Shown in pieces: positions 36,883 through 47,177 of a stretch of DNA of 64,000 bases (position 1 is its first letter; each line of letters begins with the position of its first letter). Source of the stretch: Scenedesmus sp. PABB004 (Eukaryota); NCBI GenBank assembly GCA_014905635.1, contig JABVCE010000036.1, positions 124,001 through 188,000 of the forward strand, written 5' to 3'. A program made the position numbers and the translations under genes. The notes beneath the pieces were generated by a model. The model saw only the letters and a program-made list of their open reading frames with translations, searched no databases and had not been told where the DNA came from.

Positions 36883-37599
36883 TCACGCGGCGAGCTTGGC
36901 CAGGAGCTTGCCGAAGCGCGCGAGCGCCTTGGGCGCGCGCTTGGCCCCGCCGGCGCTGCTGCTGCCGCTGCCACCGCGCTGCGTGTCCGCGCCTGCGTCC
37001 GCGTCCGCGTCCGCGTCCGCGTCTGCTTCTGCGTCCGCGTCCGCGCCGTCGGCCGCCTCCTGCGGCTGGCCGCCAAACGCGCGGCGCAGCTCGCGCAGGC
37101 GCTCCAGCTGGTGTGCCTCGTACAGCCCGCGCGCGGCCGCGAGGCCGTCGCCCGCCGTGACGGCGCTCGGGGCGAGCAGGAGCGCTGCGTCCCAGGTGCC
37201 GTGGCGCGGCGCGCCGGTCGCCGCCTCGGCGCTCGAGCCGCCGCCGGCCGCGGCCGCGGCCACGACCGCCGCGAGCGCGCCGGGCGGCACGGTGAAGGAG
37301 CGGTAGCTTGCGCTGTCGAGGCGGAGGCCCGCCAGGCTCTGGTACTCGGGGCCCAGCGTGCGCACCACCGAGCGGCCGCTGCGCTGCACGCCGTCGGCGC
37401 TGCCGTCGTCGGTGGCCCGGTCGTCGTCCCAGCGCATGTGGCGCAGGAAGCTGTTCGCGCCCGCGACGACGAGCACGGAGCCGCTGCGGGGCGTCGCCGC
37501 CGCGGTCGCACTGCCCCCGCGGGCGTTGGCGGCGACGACGCTGTGCAGGCGCGTCGCCGAGGGCCCTGACAGCATGATGAAGCTGCCGGCGCGGCTCAT
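36883..37599 (-). CDS. Intronless hypothetical protein, paralog A (238 aa)
   Basis: Shares RSGS(V/L)L(V/I), RTLGPEYQSLAGLRLxSASYRSFTV, LxELRRx(F/Y)G and a basic amphipathic C-terminus with 39225-39878. Confidence 0.75.
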   Translation of the reverse strand: MSRAGSFIMLSGPSATRLHSVVAANARGGSATAAATPRSGSVLVVAGANSFLRHMRWDDDRATDDGSADGVQRSGRSVVRTLGPEYQSLAGLRLDSASYRSFTVPPGALAAVVAAAAAGGGSSAEAATGAPRHGTWDAALLLAPSAVTAGDGLAAARGLYEAHQLERLRELRRAFGGQPQEAADGADADAEADADADADADAGADTQRGGSGSSSAGGAKRAPKALARFGKLLAKLAA

Positions 37600-38641
37600 C
37601 GTGGCCGGTGCGGCTCGTGCGCGTCGGGAGGGCGGGAGCGCGGAAGAGGGAGGCGGAGCTGCAGCTGCTGGCGCGCAGGGGCGCGTAGGGGCGTTGCTTT
37701 GGTGCTGTTGAGGTTGTTGAGCTGCTTGGAAAGCTCAGCGAGCGGTGTGGATGCCCTGGCCGCCTGTCGGGCGCGCTTTTGTGGGCGATGGCCGGGTTCC
37801 GCGCCGCTCGCCTGCCACTTCTGCGCGACCGCCCGCCTGCCCGTCATCGCTGACAAGACCCGCGAGAGCGGGAGGAACTTCACGGCGCCGCGCGTTGGCG
37901 CCCAGGCGCGCCCGGGGGCCCGGGGGCGCGCCTGGGCGCGCGGTGCGCTACGCCAGCCGCGGGGCGGGCGGCGGTGGCGGCGGCGGCCGAGGGCGCGCGG
38001 CGTGCTTCGGCGAGTCTGGCATCATCGGGACAAGCATCATCATCGGGATAAGCGTTACAGTGCCACGATGCATTCGTTGACTGTCGGGCGGGCCGCGCGC
38101 GCGTGTTCTCGCCGCCGCCGCGACGGCCCGGGCGCAGGCGTGCCTGTGCGCCACATCAGCATCATCATCACATGCCCAGGCAATGGCGTTCGAGGTGAGG
38201 CGAGGCAGCGCAGCGTCCGTGGCGGCGCGCGCTGCCGCGGCAGCGGCGGCAGGGCGCGCCGCCGGCCGCGTGGGTGGAGTGGCGCACGCGCCAGTGGACG
38301 AGGGGGTGCCGATGCGGATGCGGATGGAGCAGCAGGCGCTTGGAGCAGTGGGGCGCGTGAGGATCGTCGTCGTACACATGCACATGCACACAGCGGGTGC
38401 CCGACCATCAAACCCCCACACCCTGCGCGCAAGCGCGCGGCGTTGGCCGGCGCTCGCAAGACCCGGCCGGCCCCCCAGTCGCGAGTCGCGAGCACGCCCC
38501 TCCCACTCCCTCCCCCCTTCCCCCCCGCGCCGGCCGCGCGCGGGGGGGAGCACATACGGGCACACACGGGCAGCAGCAGCAGAAGCGCGCCCAAAACAGC
38601 ACAGGCGAGCGGCGCGGAAAAAAGAGAGCGCCGCCCGCCCG

Positions 38642-38648
38642 TTTTATA
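38642..38648 (-). promoter_or_regulatory. TATA box-like element (TATAAAA)
   Basis: Rare AT-only word in very GC-rich DNA, followed about 30 nt downstream by a pyrimidine-rich tract and then a GTATGT donor. Confidence 0.45.
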
Positions 38649-39224
38649 TGTGCAGCGCGCGCCAGCGCCGGCGCGCGCCTCGGCCCAGGGGCGACCGCGG
38701 CCGCGCCGGCCGCTGGCGGGCGCCGTGGAAGCCAGCGCGCCGCCACAGTGCTGCAGCGCCGGTTATGCGTCGCGCCCAAGCGCGGCTCTGTTGGGTTGCC
38801 TCAACACTTGCAGGCGCGCGCCCACCGCCGCGGTCGGGCGGGGGCGCAGCGCTGGCTCAATACGTATAGACGGGAGGCCAGCCCGGGCGCTGGCGAATAC
38901 GAGGCGGTTCGGACCCTTTGGCAGGGCCGCCGCCCGCAAGGTAGAGAGGCGAGTGCAGTGCGTCGTCGCCGCCCGCCCCGCTCGGCTAGCGCGCCGCCGC
39001 TCAGACGCGGCGCTCCGGCCAAGCCGCTCCCCGCGCGGGGCCCAGGGCCGGGTCAGGCCAGGGCCGGCGCGCCAAACTCGTCACGGAACACGCGCCCCGG
39101 CTGCTTGAGCCTGCGCGCCGCGGGCGCGGGGGCGGGCGGGCGGCGCTGCCGTCAGCGCGGGCAGCAGGCGGCGCGCGGCGCGCGCGGCAGCGCCAGCACG
39201 CGGCGCGGCGCGGCGCTGGGGCTC

Positions 39225-39878
39225 TCACATGCCGCTGAACTTCTTGAACTTGGCAAGCATGCCCTTGCGGCCCTTGCGGCCCGCGTCGTCGCCGAGCGCG
39301 TCGCCGCCGCCGCCGGCGGGGTCGTCCTCGAGCGCGGCGCCGTACGTGCGGCGCAGCTCCTCGAGCTGCGCCATGTGCGCGCTGCGCTGCTGCGCGTACG
39401 CGCGGCGCGTGAGCGCCAGCTGCGACCCGCCCGTCGGCAGCGGCGCGCTGAGCGGGCCCAGGCTCGCGGTGCGGCTGCCGCCGCTCGGCGCGGGCTGCAG
39501 CTCGCCGTCGGCGCCCGCCGGCGCCGGCTCGCCGCTGCCGCCGCCCGGTGGCGCTCCGGGGGCGCCGCAGGGCGCGACGGTGAAGGAGCGGTAGCTCGCG
39601 CTCGCGAGGCGGAGGCCCGCCAGGCTCTGGTACTCGGGCCCCAGCGTGCGCTCCAGGCGGCGCCGCTCCTCCTCCGCGGCGTCGGGGGCGCTGCCGGCCT
39701 CCTCGCCCTCGGCGCGCTCGCTGGGCGCGCCGGAGGCGTTGGCAAAGCTGGGGGCGCCGCCCATGATTAGGAGGCTCCCGCTGCGGAGCGTGAAGCTGGG
39801 GCCCCGGCTGCTCACGAAACTGATCATGCTGGCCATCCTCTGCGCCGACGCGGGGCTCAGCACGACGAGCGTGGCCAT
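39225..39878 (-). CDS. Intronless hypothetical protein, paralog B (217 aa)
   Basis: Same motif order as 36883-37599; gccATGG start context. Confidence 0.75.
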   Translation of the reverse strand: MATLVVLSPASAQRMASMISFVSSRGPSFTLRSGSLLIMGGAPSFANASGAPSERAEGEEAGSAPDAAEEERRRLERTLGPEYQSLAGLRLASASYRSFTVAPCGAPGAPPGGGSGEPAPAGADGELQPAPSGGSRTASLGPLSAPLPTGGSQLALTRRAYAQQRSAHMAQLEELRRTYGAALEDDPAGGGGDALGDDAGRKGRKGMLAKFKKFSGM

Positions 39879-40518
39879 CGCGGCGCGTGCCCCTTGGGGG
39901 CTGCCCGCGTGCGTGGTTATCTAGTGCGACGCGCCAGCGTGCCTGCGTCCTGGGTGTCGTGGGGGACCGGGTTCTGGCGCCGCGGACGGCCCGGACGGAG
40001 CATATCGTCGGGGACGCAGCGCCGGGGCTCATGGCTGACGCGGTGCACGCCCTTCCCCGCCGCCGGCTGCGCGCGGCGCCCGCTGCGCCAGCCCGCTCCC
40101 CGGCCCGGGCGCCGGCCGAGCGGAGCACCAGCGGCGGCAGGGACCGGTCCCGGGCGCCGCGCGCCGCCGTTGGCCCGCGGCAGATCGGCGGCGCCGCGCG
40201 CGCAGACGGCCCCGGCGCCGGCTCAGGCGACCAGGCTGCACCAGCGGCGTGTTACCGCGCCCGCCGCGCCGGCCGCCGCCGCGCGTCACCGCTTGCCGCC
40301 GCTCCGCCGCGCCGCCGGCCGCGGGCCCCAGGCTGTGCGCGCGCGCGCCCACAGCCTGCAGGCGCCAGCTCATTGTCGGCGCGTCGCCGACCGCCCGCGC
40401 GCGCCGGCCGCCCGCTGTTGTACAGGCGGGCCGCGCCCGTCCGAGGCGCGCACGCGCGCGCGAGCGCCCCCCGCCGGCCGCGGCCGGCCGCCCGCCCCCC
40501 GCCCGCCGCCGCGCGCGC

Positions 40519-43500
40519 TCACGCGGCCGCGAGCAGGCCGGCGTGGCGCAGCAGCGGCTCGGTCGACGGCGCGCGGCCGCGGAACGCCTCAAACACCTTC
40601 TCCGGGTCGCGCGACCCGCCCAGCGCGAGCACCGTGTCCCTGCGCCGCGGCGCGGCGCCGGGGGCGCGTCGGGGCGCGGCGCGGCGTGCCCCGCCCGCCG
40701 CGCAGCGCCACGCCCCGCGGCCCCGCGGCCCTGCCGCCCCGCGGCCCCGCCGCCCGCGCAGCGCCGCCCCGCGCCGCGCCTGAAGCGGCGCCCCGTTGCG
40801 ACGACCGCGGCGTCGTCGTCCAGCCCGGCCTCCTCAAACGCGGCAAACGCGTCCGCGCTGAGCACCTCGGCCCACTTGTAGCTGTAGTAGCCGGCGCTGT
40901 ACCCGCCTGCAAAGATGTGGCTGAAGGCGCAGAGGAAGCGGTCGGCCGGGTACGGCGGCATGACCTGGCGGGAGGGCCGGGCAGGGTTTAGGGCAGGGGG
41001 CGGGGCGGGGAGGCAGGGTTTAGGGGGTGGGGAGGTCAGAGACGAGGGGGAAGATGCGAGGGTGCGTCGGTCGGGGGCGTGGGCGCGGAGGCGGGCGGCG
41101 GCGTGCCCGGGGCCCGGCGCGCAGCGCGGCGCGGGCAGCGGCAGCGCGGCGGCGGCGCGGGCGCGCCTGCGTCGTCTTGGCGACCGCGGCGTCGCGGTCA
41201 AACACGGTCTGCCCCGCGCCGGGCACGAAGCGGGAGTGCAGCTCGAGGTCGACGACGCTGAAGTGGACCTGTGTGTGTGTGGGGGGGGGGGGGCGCAGGG
41301 GGGGCGAGAGGGGGTGGCCAGGAGGGCGTGAGGGGTGCGGGCGACAGGGGGTGCGCGGAGAGCGCGGGAGAGGAAGGGGTGGGATGGGGAGCGCGGGGCG
41401 CAGGCCTCTCAGCAGGGCGCCGGCCCGCGGCCGCGCCGCCGCGGTGCGCGCCTGGCGGAGCATCATGGTCCCCGAGCGGAAGTTCTTGGCCGCCTTGAGC
41501 CGGCCGTACTTGTCCTCGGGCAGCGGCTCGCCGGTGCTGTAGTGCCGCGCAAAGGAGTAGAGCGTGGGGCGGTCGTAGCACCAGTTCTCCATGAACTGGC
41601 TCGGCAGCTCCACAGCGTCCCACTCGACGCCCCTGCGTGGGGGGGGGGGGGGGGTGGAGCGGCGGCGCGGCGGCACGGCGTCAGCGCGGCGTCAGCGCGG
41701 CGCCAGGGCGGCGTGGGCGGCAGCGCGATGCGGCGCGGGCCCGGGGCGCGGCGCGGGCCCGGGGCGCGGCGCGGGCCCGGGGCGCGGCGGCGCCGGCTGC
41801 GGCGGCGGGCGCGCAGCGGCGCGCCTGATGCCGGCGACGAGCCCCTCGTCCACGGTGGTGAGCATGTGCTGCAGCGCGTGGCCAAACTGCGGCGCGGCGC
41901 GGCGCGGCGCGGCGGGGGGTCAGGCGGCCGGCCGCGGGCAGGCGCGCGCGAGCGGGGCGCTGCGGCGGCGCGCGGTCGCTGCGCAGCGCCATGCGTGCTG
42001 TGCGTTGCTGTGCGTGTGCTGTGTGTGCTGTGCGGCGGGTCACCTCGTGGAAGAGCGTCTCGACCTCCCTGCAGCCACGGCAGCCAGGCAGCCACGTGCA
42101 CCGGGGGGCGGGGGGAGGGGGTGTCAGCGAGCGGCCTGCTGACCCGCCCGGCCCCGCGCCGCCCACCACCCCCGCCCCGCACCCACCGGAAGGTCATCAG
42201 GCTGGGCGCGCCGTCCACGGGCGGGCTCTGGTTGCACACCATGTGCGCGACCGGCAGCCGCGGCGACCCCGGCGCCGCGCCGGGCGCGGGCGGCAGCAGC
42301 CGCGTGCGGCCGACCACCTGCGCGGCGCGGCGGCGCGGCGGCGGGGGTTCAGGCGCGGTCGCCGGCGGCCCGGGCGCGCGCCGCGGCCGCGCTGCTGCGC
42401 CGGGCGCGGGCGCCAGCGCCGCCGGGCGTTGCGCGGTGCGGTGCGGGTCGCACCTCTGCCATCCACGCGCCGCCGCGCTTCTCCGCTGGGCGGCTGTATG
42501 GGTCGAGGTAGAAGTAGGCCCGGGGGGAGCCTGGGGGGGTGAGAGGGGGGGGGGGGGGGGGTGAGTGAGTGAGTGAGTGAGTGAGTGAGTGAGTGAGTGA
42601 GTGAGTGAGTGGGGTGGAGTGGGGTGCGGGTGGGGTGACCCCCTCAACCCATCCCAAGCCCCGCCCCGCCGCCGGGCCCGCAGCCCCGCGCCCGCGCCCG
42701 CGCCGCGCCGCCCCGCGCCGCGCCTGCTGCGTCGACGCGGAAGAAGCGCACGTCCGGGTGCCACACGGGGACGGTGCCGTCGGCGGGGACAATGTCGACG
42801 TCAAACAGGCGCTTTGCGACCTGCAGCCAGCGGGGCGCGGGGCGCGGCGCCGCGGCGCGGGGGGGTGTCAGGGTCGAGGCCGCGCGCGCGCCACCGCCGC
42901 CGCCGCGCGGCCCCGCGTTTGCCCCCCCCAAAGCACGCACGCACACACGCACGCATGCAACACACAGCGCACAGGACGCACGCAGCGCGCACGCGCGGCC
43001 CCGCGCGCGCGCGCCTTGCAGAGCCCGTCCAGCACCGCGGGCAGCGCACGCTCACGCACAGCGCACGCAGCACAGCACACAGCGCACGCACACAGCACAC
43101 ACGCACACAGCGCACGCAGCCCCCGCCCCACCACCACCGCGCGCGCGCGCCTTGAAGAGCCCGTCCAGCACCGCGGGCAGCGCAAAGTAGGGGCGCAGCT
43201 CCTCGTCGCTCAAGTCATACTTTGCCTCACGCAGCCGCTCCGCCCAGAACGCGACGTCCCACCACAGCACCTCGTCGTCGCACCCCGCCGACTTGGCAAA
43301 GGCCTTGACGTCCTCCAGGTCGGCCTGCGCGCGCGCCGCCGTGTGCGCACGTGTGCGCGTGCGCGCGTGTGTGGGTGGGGCCCGGGGTGGGGGCAGGGTC
43401 GCGGGTGCGACGGGGCGTCGGCGGGAGCGAGCGGGCGGGCGGTCGCTGCGCTGCGCCGCGCGGGGCGAGCGCGGGAGCGCGGCGCGGCGCGGCGCGGCGC

Positions 43501-45976
43501 TGCGCGGCGCGGCGCTGCGCGGCGCACCTCGGCGGCGGCGAAGCTGTTGGTGCGCAGCTCCTCCAGCAGCTCCTCGGCGCGCGTGAACGTGGCCATCTGC
43601 GCGCGCGCGCAGCGCGGCAGCGACGGCGGCTGCGTCGGCGGCCCGCCCGCACGCTGCGCGCCCCGCCGCGCGGCGGCGCGTCCGCCAGCCCCGCCGGCAC
43701 CCTGCCGCGTCGCCGCGCCTTGCTGGCCATGGAGAGCTCAGCAAAGTTCTTGTAGCCCAGCAGCTGCGCCTTCTCCTGCCGCAGCGACAGCACCTGGCGG
43801 CGCCAGCGGCGCGGCGCGGGAGAGTCGGCCCCCGCGCGGCGCCTGCGCGCCCGCACGCTGCCTCCACACCGCCCAGCTGCCGGCGCCGCCGCCTGCGCCG
43901 CCCTGCGCGCCGCCGCCGCCGCGCGCCGCCTGCGCCGCGCCTTGTCGATGATGGGCGTGTTGTCGAGCTCGCCCTCGCTCGCGCGGCCGATGTAGGCCTT
44001 GTACATCTCCTCGCGCAGCGCCCTGGCGGCGCCGGGCGCGGCGGAGCGGGCACCAGGGCGTCAGCGGCGCACCGCACGCGCGCGCATTGGCGGCGCAGCA
44101 CGCGCGCCGCGCGCGGCGCCGCCGCCGCTGCCGTTTTTGAACGGCTGTCATTTTTGATACAGTAACAACACAAATAACACCCTGCCCCGCCCCGCCCCGC
44201 CTCCGCGCCTGTTCTTGGCGTGCGTCATGACAGGGTAGTAGCTGGGGAAGTCGAGCGTGAGCAGCCACGGCCCCGCCTCGGGCGTCGCGGCGTCGTGCCC
44301 CGCGCCGCGCGCCTGCTGCGCCGCGAGCGCGAGCGCGGTCGGGGGCAGGCCGTCGAGCTCCGCCGCGTCCGTCACCAGCTTCTTGTACGCCTGCGGCGCG
44401 GCGTGACAGGCGGCAGGCAGCGGCGCCGCGTCGGCCCCGGCACGCCGGCCGCTCGCAGCCCACATCCGTCCCCACACCTGCCCACGCACACACACGCACG
44501 CGCGCACACGCACGCACACGCGCCGCGCACAGGCCCACACACAGCGCGCGCGCACCTTGGTGGCGTCGAGCACGTTGTTGCTGAACTTGGTGCTCAGCTG
44601 GGCGAGGTCCTGCTGGATCGTGTTGTAGCGCTCCTTCGCGTCGCCCTCGAGCGCGACGCCGCCGAGCACAAAGTCGCGCAGCTCGTTGTCCACGACGCGG
44701 CGCTGCGCCTCGGTCAGCCCCGCCCACACGGGGCCCTCCCTGCCGCGGCGCGGCGGCGCGGCGGGCGCGGCGCGAGGCTCAGCGCGCACGTGCGGGGCCG
44801 CGCCGCGAGCCCGCACCGCGCCGCGGTGCCGCCCGGCGGCCCGCGCGGCCGAAGCGCAGCCAGGGCCGGCAGCCTGCGGTGCCCCCAGGGCCCTGCCCTG
44901 CCCTGCCCAGCCCTGCCGCCTCACTTGAGCGCCTTGAAGGCCTGGTACAGCGGCTTGCTCTGGCTGAGGCGCAGCCCCAGGGCCACGTTCTCCGGCTGCA
45001 CCTCCTCCACCGCGGCGCGCAGCGCGTCGCTGTCCTTGACGCCCTGTGGCCGCGCGCCGCGCGCGCGGCGCGGCTGCGTGAGCGCGCCGCCGCCGCCGCC
45101 GCCGCGGCGCGCCGCGCGCCCCGTGCCGCCGCGCGCGGCGTCACCTTGAGGTGGCTCACGATGCCCCAGGTGCGCTGGTGGCGGTCGGTGAGGCGCTCGA
45201 GCGGCTCGACCAGGCCCTCCCACGTCGGCGTGACCGAGGCCTCGAGCTCATCGATGTCCTTGTGCAGCGCCGCGAGCAGCGCGCGCATGCCCGGCACGAC
45301 GTGCTCCGCCTTGACCTCGTCATACAGCGGGAACACGACGTCCTGCTCGCAGGACGGGCGCGCGGCGCGCGCGGGCAGCGGGCGCGCGGCGCGCGCGGCA
45401 GCGAGCGCTCAACCGACGCGGCGGCGGCGGTTGCCGGTTGGCCGGCCGCGCGCGCGCAGCGGCGGCCGGGCGGCGCTGCCGCCGCGGCGCCGCCGAGCGG
45501 GCTGGCGGTGGTGCTGCCCGCGCAACGGCGCGGGCGCGCTGCCCGCGCGCCGCGCGGTGGCGCGACGGCGACGGCGCGCCGCGCGGCGGCGCGCGAGCAG
45601 CGCGCTGCTCCGGCGCCGCGCCGCGCTGCGTGAGCCGCGCCGGCCGGCGCGCGCGCGCCGAGGCGTGCCCCGCCCCCTGATCCAGCGCACGGCGCGGGCG
45701 TGGGCGCACCTGGAGCAGGGGGTTGGTGGTGAACACGTCCGCCGCCGGCGCCTCCACCGCCGCCGCCGCGGTGGTCGTGCCGGCGTCCGCCATGCCGCGG
45801 CTGATGCTGCCGAAGGCTGGGATCGCGGCCCCAGGCAGCGGGGCCTTAGGCGCGGAGGCGAGCGCGGGCCTGCGGGGCCGCAGCGAGCGCGAGGCGGTGG
45901 GGGCCACACAGAGGAGCCGCGCGCAGGTGGGGCTGGCTGCCAGGCGCGCGCCGCGGGCCGAGGCGCTGAGGAGCAT
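40519..45976 (-). CDS. OOP: Oligopeptidase A / organellar oligopeptidase (peptidase M3A), about 18 exons
   Basis: [62 protein letters not shown] (HExxH split by an intron), [59 protein letters not shown]. Start codon is ambiguous (46108, 45976 or 45793). Confidence 0.95.
42561..42610. repeat. (GTGA)n microsatellite next to a poly-G run, intronic
   Basis: About 12 perfect GTGA units following a G run. Confidence 0.95.
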
Positions 45977-46294
45977 GACGTGCTGCGCGAGGAGCGGGGC
46001 TGCCAGCGACGTGGGCAGCTGGGCGCGCGGGTCGAGGGTGCAGGGCGCGAGCAGCAGGAGCTGCAGGGCGAACGCGAGGCCGCAGGCGTGGCCGCCGACC
46101 ACGAGCATGCGCGGGCACTGGACGCGGGCCGAATGCGCGGCGCCCGCGCGGCCGCGGGCTGCAGCGCGCGCCAGGCGCGCCTGAGCCCGCGCGCGCCCCA
46201 CGACCGCCGCGCCGGGCCGGGGGCGCGCGCTTGCGCGGCTAGACTGCGCCGGCTAGCCCCACGTCGCGCGCGCAGCTGCTGCCGGCGCCGCCGC

Positions 46295-46934
46295 TCACCC
46301 GTCGTCGCCGGTCGGCGCGCCGTCGGTCGCTGCGCCGCCGGACGCGCCCTCCAGCAGCCGCCGCCGCAGGCCTGCCGGGCAATCCAGCGGCAGGGAGGCC
46401 GCTGGGCGGCGCCCCGCTGGCACTGCGCGCCGCCGTGGCCAGCCCCCGCCGCGCCCAGCGCTGGTCGCGCGCTCACCGGCCTCCACCACCGGCAGCACCG
46501 CGTGCATCGCCGACGCCTGGCCCTGCTCCTTGGCGGTCGCCAGGAGCTGGAGCAGCAGCGCGGCCGCCTCGAGCTCAGCGTGCAGCTGCGTCGCCGGCGC
46601 AGACGCGTCGCCGCTGGCCTCCGCGAGCGTCTCGCTGCAGTCGGGCGGGGAGCGGGTGAGGCGAGGCGTTGTCAGGCGGGAGGCGAGTGGGGAAGGGGCC
46701 CCTAATCTCGAGAGAGCGCGGGCGCGCAGCTCCGCTCCGGCACTACGCAGCAGCAGCGCCCGCCACTCCGGGTGAGCTGTGACGCGCCAGCACTCGGCGC
46801 GCCGAGCTGGTGGCAGCTCCAGCGCACCTGGGCAACTCGTTCACGGAGCTGGCGCTGGCTGCCGCGGCGTAGAGCGCGAGCAGGGCGAGGGCAATGGGCA
46901 GCCAGCCCTGGCCCCCGCGCCGTGGGAGCGCCAT
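46295..46934 (-). CDS. Small secreted prepropeptide-like protein (113 aa, 3 exons)
   Basis: Exons 46934-46828, 46634-46477 and 46371-46295 join in frame via GT-AG introns: MALPRRGGQGWLPIALALLALYAAAASA-SSVNELPSETL...LPVVEAGLRRRLLEGASGGAATDGAPTGDDG-stop. Confidence 0.7.
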
Positions 46935-47177
46935 GCCGTCTCGCGCGCTGGTCCCGAGTGTGACGCTGCAACAAAAATACGATGCAGCAGTCTGAGCGTC
47001 ACGTGGATGCCCGCACGTTACGGGCGAGATTATGGTTGGCTGGCAGCTGCGAGTTGGGCTTGCGAGCTGCGCCTGTGCGCTCCAACAGGGTGCTTGCGGG
47101 CGCGGCGGTGTTACCCGGGTGTTACCCGGGTGGCAGCTGCCGCCGCCGCCGCCTGAGCCCCGCGCGCGGCTGGCCCG

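Noticed and set aside
38030..38175. TGATGA/CTGA words suggesting a C/D snoRNA
   Set aside because: They derive from a (GAT)n microsatellite; box spacing and terminal stem do not fit.
40982..41025. Telomere-like GGGTTTAGGG words (also near 3229, 17489, 22113, 27561)
   Set aside because: Only isolated one- or two-unit matches, mostly intronic; not an array.
41730..41790. 18-nt GC tandem repeat x3, plus many (GC)n, (GGC)n and poly-G/C runs in introns
   Set aside because: Ordinary slippage repeats typical of this genome's introns.
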